Shown here in pieces: positions 60,062-64,000 of a DNA stretch of 64,000 nucleotides; positions within the stretch are counted from its first letter, which is position 1; each line of letters starts with the position of its first letter. The notes below the pieces were generated by a model, which worked only from the letters and a program-made list of their open reading frames with translations, did no database searches and was not told the DNA's origin. The stretch is from Alphaproteobacteria bacterium (lineage in GTDB: Bacteria; Pseudomonadota; Alphaproteobacteria; Bin95). The translations under genes were made by a program, and so were the position numbers. The stretch covers positions 7,740 through 71,739 of the forward strand of contig JAJDYL010000101.1 of assembly GCA_022825195.1 (NCBI GenBank). Direction: 5' to 3'.

Positions 60062-61924
60062 TCAGGCGAAGCCCACCAGCCGGTAGACGGCGACCGGAGC
60101 CGCCCGGCCCTTGACCTCCATCTCGCCGACCGGCTCCACCTCGAACAGCCCGTCCAGATCGGCCACCGTCGAGGCGCTGACGGTGATTGCGACCTCGGCG
60201 TCGGGCGAGACCTCCTTGCCGAGCTGTTCCAGCCGCTGCGCGATGTTCACATCGTCGCCGATGACCGTGTAGTTGACGCGGCTCGGCGCGCCGATATTGC
60301 CGGCCGTCGCCTGCCCGGAATGGATGCCGAGGCGCACGCGGACCGGCGGCTCGCCCCGGGCTTCGCGCTCGCGGTTGTCGGCGGCGATTCCCTCCCGGAT
60401 GGCCAGCGCCGCCCGGCAGGCGCGGACGGCGCGGTTCTTCTGCTTTTCCGGTGCGCCCCAGAAGGCCATGACGCTGTCGCCGATGAACTTGTCCACCGTG
60501 CCCTCCTCGGCCTCTATGGCGTTGGTCAGGATGCCGAAATGCCGGTTGAGCAGCGCCGCGACCTCCGCCGCGCTCTTGCCTTCCGAGATGGTGGAATAGC
60601 CGGCGATGTCGCTGAACATCACGGTGACATTGCGCCGGTCGGAGGCGAGCGAGGCCAGGTCGCCCTCGCGCATCAGCTGGTGGACCAGCGAGCGCGGCAC
60701 ATAGGCCTGGAACCATCTCAGCGCGCCGGTCATCGAGTTGAAGGCGCTCGACTGCTCGTCGAGCTCCCTGACCCTGCTGTGGGGCAGGTCGTGGATATCT
60801 TCCAGTCGCAGTTCGCCGATGAGGCGCGCGACCGAGGAAAGCCGCGACACGGGCCGCGAGAGCCGCCTGCCGATGAAGAGCGCCAGCAGGATGGCAAGCA
60901 CCAGGGCGGCGAAGCCGACGATGATGGAATTGAGCAGGCGGTTGATCTCGCCGCTGATGACGTCGGTGTCGAAATAGGCCCCGGCGATGAGCGGCGTTGC
61001 GGTGTAGGAGTCCAGTTGGCGGTAAAGGAACAGGTACCGCACCCCCGCCAGCTCCACCAGGTGGCTTTGCAGCGGCGGGCGCGGTTCGATGCCGGAGTTC
61101 CGCATCCAGTACTCGTCCCACATGCGGGCCAGCACCGGGTCTGCGAACCCGGCAAGCGCAGGCAACGGCTTCTCCAGCGACAGGCCGGGATAGCCCGCCG
61201 CCATCAGCCGGTGGGCCAGCACGCTTTCCTTGCCGTAGAGGACGAAGGTGTTCGGCGCGCTGCCGGCGGAGAGATGCTCCAGGAACTCGGACAGCGCCAT
61301 GATCCCGAGCGCCACCGCCAGCATGCCTTCGAACCGGTCGTTCCGGTAGATGGGGATCTGGAGGGTGAGAACCGACGAATTGAAATCGGCGCGGTAGATC
61401 GGCGGCGCCCAGACGGGTTCCCTGTTCGCCCTGCCGTAACGGAGCGCCGTCTTCACCGCCTCGTCGTTCGAGAAGTCCAGCGTGCGAACCTTCGCAAGCG
61501 TTTCGGTCCTCTCGGCCAGCAGCGCCTGTCCGTCCGGGCGGAAGAAGGCGATGGCGCCGATGGCGGGGTCGGCCGCCATGGCGCCGAAGAGAAGCGCGGC
61601 CACCCGCTCCGGGTCGCCGAGGTCGGCCTCGCCGGTCTCCAGCGCCCGCGCCACGAATCCGGCCTGGTTGCCCGCCGATTCGAGCAGGCCTTCGACTTCG
61701 CGGGTGAGCACTCCGATTCCGAGGTCCGCCCGGTCCCGCAGCAGGTCCACCGTGTTGCGCGCCGCGCCATAGACGGCGAAGCCCAGCACCACGAGGATCG
61801 ACACCGAGATCAGCGAGCCGAAGCTGAGCGCCAGCAGCCAGGAGAGGGAAAGCCGCCGGCTCCGCCCGCCCTGTCCGGCGGCGGGCCGAGCGGCAACCGC
61901 GCCGGCGTCACCAGGCTGTGTCAT
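60062..61924 (-). CDS. Membrane sensor adenylate/guanylate cyclase (periplasmic sensor - HAMP - class III cyclase domain)
   Basis: Two TM segments flanking a roughly 280-aa periplasmic region; HAMP; cyclase catalytic domain VTVMFSDIAGYST...FIGDSVMAFWGAP...GIHSG. Confidence 0.85.
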   Translation of the reverse strand: MTQPGDAGAVAARPAAGQGGRSRRLSLSWLLALSFGSLISVSILVVLGFAVYGAARNTVDLLRDRADLGIGVLTREVEGLLESAGNQAGFVARALETGEADLGDPERVAALLFGAMAADPAIGAIAFFRPDGQALLAERTETLAKVRTLDFSNDEAVKTALRYGRANREPVWAPPIYRADFNSSVLTLQIPIYRNDRFEGMLAVALGIMALSEFLEHLSAGSAPNTFVLYGKESVLAHRLMAAGYPGLSLEKPLPALAGFADPVLARMWDEYWMRNSGIEPRPPLQSHLVELAGVRYLFLYRQLDSYTATPLIAGAYFDTDVISGEINRLLNSIIVGFAALVLAILLALFIGRRLSRPVSRLSSVARLIGELRLEDIHDLPHSRVRELDEQSSAFNSMTGALRWFQAYVPRSLVHQLMREGDLASLASDRRNVTVMFSDIAGYSTISEGKSAAEVAALLNRHFGILTNAIEAEEGTVDKFIGDSVMAFWGAPEKQKNRAVRACRAALAIREGIAADNREREARGEPPVRVRLGIHSGQATAGNIGAPSRVNYTVIGDDVNIAQRLEQLGKEVSPDAEVAITVSASTVADLDGLFEVEPVGEMEVKGRAAPVAVYRLVGFA

Positions 61925-62954
61925 AGCCCTTGAAGGCGGTGGGCAGGCGGCGGATGTCCTGGATCACATCGGGCGGCAGATCGGGCCGCATGTCCATGGA
62001 GAGGCTGGCATATATGGCGTCCGCCGCCCCGCCGAAGCGCTCCTCGACGGCGCCGGCGAGCTCGTCATGGCGGCCGACGGCGGCGAACAGGCGCACCGTG
62101 TCGTCGTCCACCTCGGCGGCGATCCGGTCCCAGGCTCCTTCCTTGGTCATGCGGTTGAGCTTGCGCCCGAGGTCGCCGAGATCGTGCAGGTCCAGCACCG
62201 GCCAATAGCCCGGCGTCGAGCCGTAGAAGGCGACGCGGTAGCGCACCCACTCGACGGCCTTCGCGACCTCCTCGTCATCCGCGCCGGTCGCCACGAAGCC
62301 GCCGCCCGTCACCTCGAAGGACTCGCGCCTGCGCCCCGTCCGCGCCATACCCTCGGCGATGCGCGGCAGGCAGACTTCCTCCAGGTAGCGCCTCGTGCAG
62401 AAGCCGTGGAGCCGCACCCCGTCCGCCACCTCGCCCGCAAGGCGCAGCGAATAGTCGCCGACCGCCGCGAGGGTGACGGGCACCATCGGCTGGCCCGTGG
62501 AGGCCGGGGCGAAGTTCGGCGTCATCAGGGTGAAGGTGTAGTGCTTGCCCTCGAAGCGCAGCCGCTCGCCCGTCTCCCAGCTACGCCAGATCGCCCGGAG
62601 CGCCTGCACATATTCGCGCAGCCGCGGCACCGGCGCCGACCAGGGCACGGAGAAGCGCTTCTCGTTGTGCGGGCGGATCTGCGGCCCGATGCCGAGCGCG
62701 AAGCGGCCCTTCGAGGCGGTCTGGAGGTCCCAGCAGGCGTTCGCCACCACCATGGGGCTGCGCGGAAAGGCGATGGCGACGGCGGTGCCGAGCGTGAGCC
62801 GTTTCGTTGCGGTCGCGGCGACGCCGAGCGCCAGGAACGGGTCGTGGCGGTTCTCCATGGTGAGCGCGCCGTCGAAGCCGGCGGCTTCGGCCGCGGCGGC
62901 CGCGGCCGGCACTTCGTTCAGGTCGTTCTGGGGCAGGGTGGTCAGGATGCGCAT
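61908..62954 (-). CDS. Luciferase-like (LLM class) F420/flavin-dependent oxidoreductase
   Basis: LLM fold (AEAAGFDGALTMENRHDPF, RFALGIGPQ). Confidence 0.75.
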   Translation of the reverse strand: MRILTTLPQNDLNEVPAAAAAAEAAGFDGALTMENRHDPFLALGVAATATKRLTLGTAVAIAFPRSPMVVANACWDLQTASKGRFALGIGPQIRPHNEKRFSVPWSAPVPRLREYVQALRAIWRSWETGERLRFEGKHYTFTLMTPNFAPASTGQPMVPVTLAAVGDYSLRLAGEVADGVRLHGFCTRRYLEEVCLPRIAEGMARTGRRRESFEVTGGGFVATGADDEEVAKAVEWVRYRVAFYGSTPGYWPVLDLHDLGDLGRKLNRMTKEGAWDRIAAEVDDDTVRLFAAVGRHDELAGAVEERFGGAADAIYASLSMDMRPDLPPDVIQDIRRLPTAFKGYDTAW

Positions 62955-62982
62955 GGGCGGTCGGGCCTTCCGGGTCGGACTG

Positions 62983-63753
62983 TCAGGAGCCGGCGGTCAT
63001 GCCGTGGTCGATGACGAGCTCCGAGCCCGTCATGTGGATCGAGGCGTCGGAAAGCAGGAACACGATGCCGTCCGCGATATGCTCCGGCCTGCCGGGCTGC
63101 CCGCCCGGAACCCGGCTGGCGGCGCGTTCCACGGGGTCGGTGGAGGCGGTCGGGTCGTTGAAGGGCGAGGGGCCGCTCTCCGCCATCCGGTCCCAGATCG
63201 GCGTGTCGATGATGCCGGGATGGACGGAGTTCACGCGCACGTTCCAGCCGCGCCGGGCGCTCTCCAGCGCGGCCGACTTGGTGAACAGGCAGACCGCCCC
63301 CTTGGTCGCGCTGTAGCAGGAAAGGCCGACGGCGTTGCCGCGCAGGCCGGCGACCGAGGAGAGGTTGACGATCGAGCCGCCGCCCGAATCGCGGATGACC
63401 GGCAGGATATGCTTCACGCCGAGGAATACGCCCTCGACATTGACCGCCTGCTGCCTGCGCCAGTCTTCGAGGCTGGTCTCCAGCAGCGGACGCACGATGG
63501 CGATGCCCGCATTGTTGACGAGGCCGTGCAGCGGGCCCGACGCGCCGGCGACCTCCTGCCAGCGCGCCTCGTCGGTCACGTCCTGCTGCATGAACCGCCC
63601 GCCGGCGCGCTCGGCGGTGTCGCGTCCGCCGGCCTCGTCGATGTCGGTCGCAATCACCGCAGCGCCCGCCTCGGCCGCCGCCAGCGCCGTAGCCCGGCCG
63701 ATGCCGGAAGCCGCGCCGGTAACCAGGATCGTCCTGCCGTCGAGCACACCCAT
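62983..63753 (-). CDS. Short-chain dehydrogenase/reductase
   Basis: Start taken at MGVLDGRTILVTGAASGIGRA with GGAGGGGAGGGAG RBS. NNAG, S..YSATK catalytic residues. Confidence 0.85.
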   Translation of the reverse strand: MGVLDGRTILVTGAASGIGRATALAAAEAGAAVIATDIDEAGGRDTAERAGGRFMQQDVTDEARWQEVAGASGPLHGLVNNAGIAIVRPLLETSLEDWRRQQAVNVEGVFLGVKHILPVIRDSGGGSIVNLSSVAGLRGNAVGLSCYSATKGAVCLFTKSAALESARRGWNVRVNSVHPGIIDTPIWDRMAESGPSPFNDPTASTDPVERAASRVPGGQPGRPEHIADGIVFLLSDASIHMTGSELVIDHGMTAGS

Positions 63754-64000
63754 GGCTCTCCCTCCCCTCCGTTCCCCCATTATGGCAGCAATCGGCGATG
63801 CCGGGGCACCCTCGGCCGGCGGCTGCCGGATTCGCACGTCTCCGGTGTTGGCTTCGTGCCGCGCGCCCTCCGAGCGGGGGCCATCCGCCGCCCGATACGA
63901 CGCAAAGGGATATACCGGGCCGTCACAATTATCCTGCTGATTCAACAAATTGTAAGAAAGTTGTCCGACATTGTCATTTTTTGTTCCCAAAACAGATTGA

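Overview
High-GC (about 65-70% by eye) proteobacterial chromosomal segment, gene content alphaproteobacterium-like. Most of the window is housekeeping and catabolic genes. Unless stated otherwise, assignments below rest on recognisable motifs in the supplied six-frame translations. Housekeeping: gltBD glutamate synthase, class II B12-dependent ribonucleotide reductase nrdJ, etfAB-hbd, a TRAP transporter, a marR-emrA-emrB-ubiX operon, yggS, an OmpR-family response regulator, an NDUFA12-like/MlaD/DUF2155 trio, and many CoA-transferases, short-chain dehydrogenases, luciferase-like oxidoreductases and hydratases. The standout region is the first 8.3 kb. It holds a eukaryote-like sterol C-24 methyltransferase (ERG6/SMT family; I recognise near-identical signature blocks) convergent with an RND/MMPL exporter and a LolA-like lipoprotein. 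The methyltransferase is in an apparent operon with a cytochrome P450 carrying an N-terminal GPP34/GOLPH3-like lipid-binding domain and a Rieske non-heme-iron oxygenase of the KshA/Neverland/SdmA type. A COG2907 FAD amine-oxidase-like oxidoreductase is divergent to this operon. Part of this block (about 3.1-8.2 kb) is visibly lower in GC than the rest and abuts tRNA-Phe. I read it as a horizontally acquired sterol-type lipid-tailoring island. Other accessory features: three toxin-antitoxin modules (two VapBC pairs, plus a ribbon-helix-helix antitoxin paired with a toxin of unrecognised family); an IS630 transposase remnant with a 78-nt tandem repeat; and a 1-kb AT-rich insert bracketed by a 52-bp direct repeat that duplicates the 3' end of hbd. 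Coordinates follow the supplied ORF track. My own base counting disagreed with it by 1 nt at several minus-strand starts, so treat boundaries as +/-1-3 nt.
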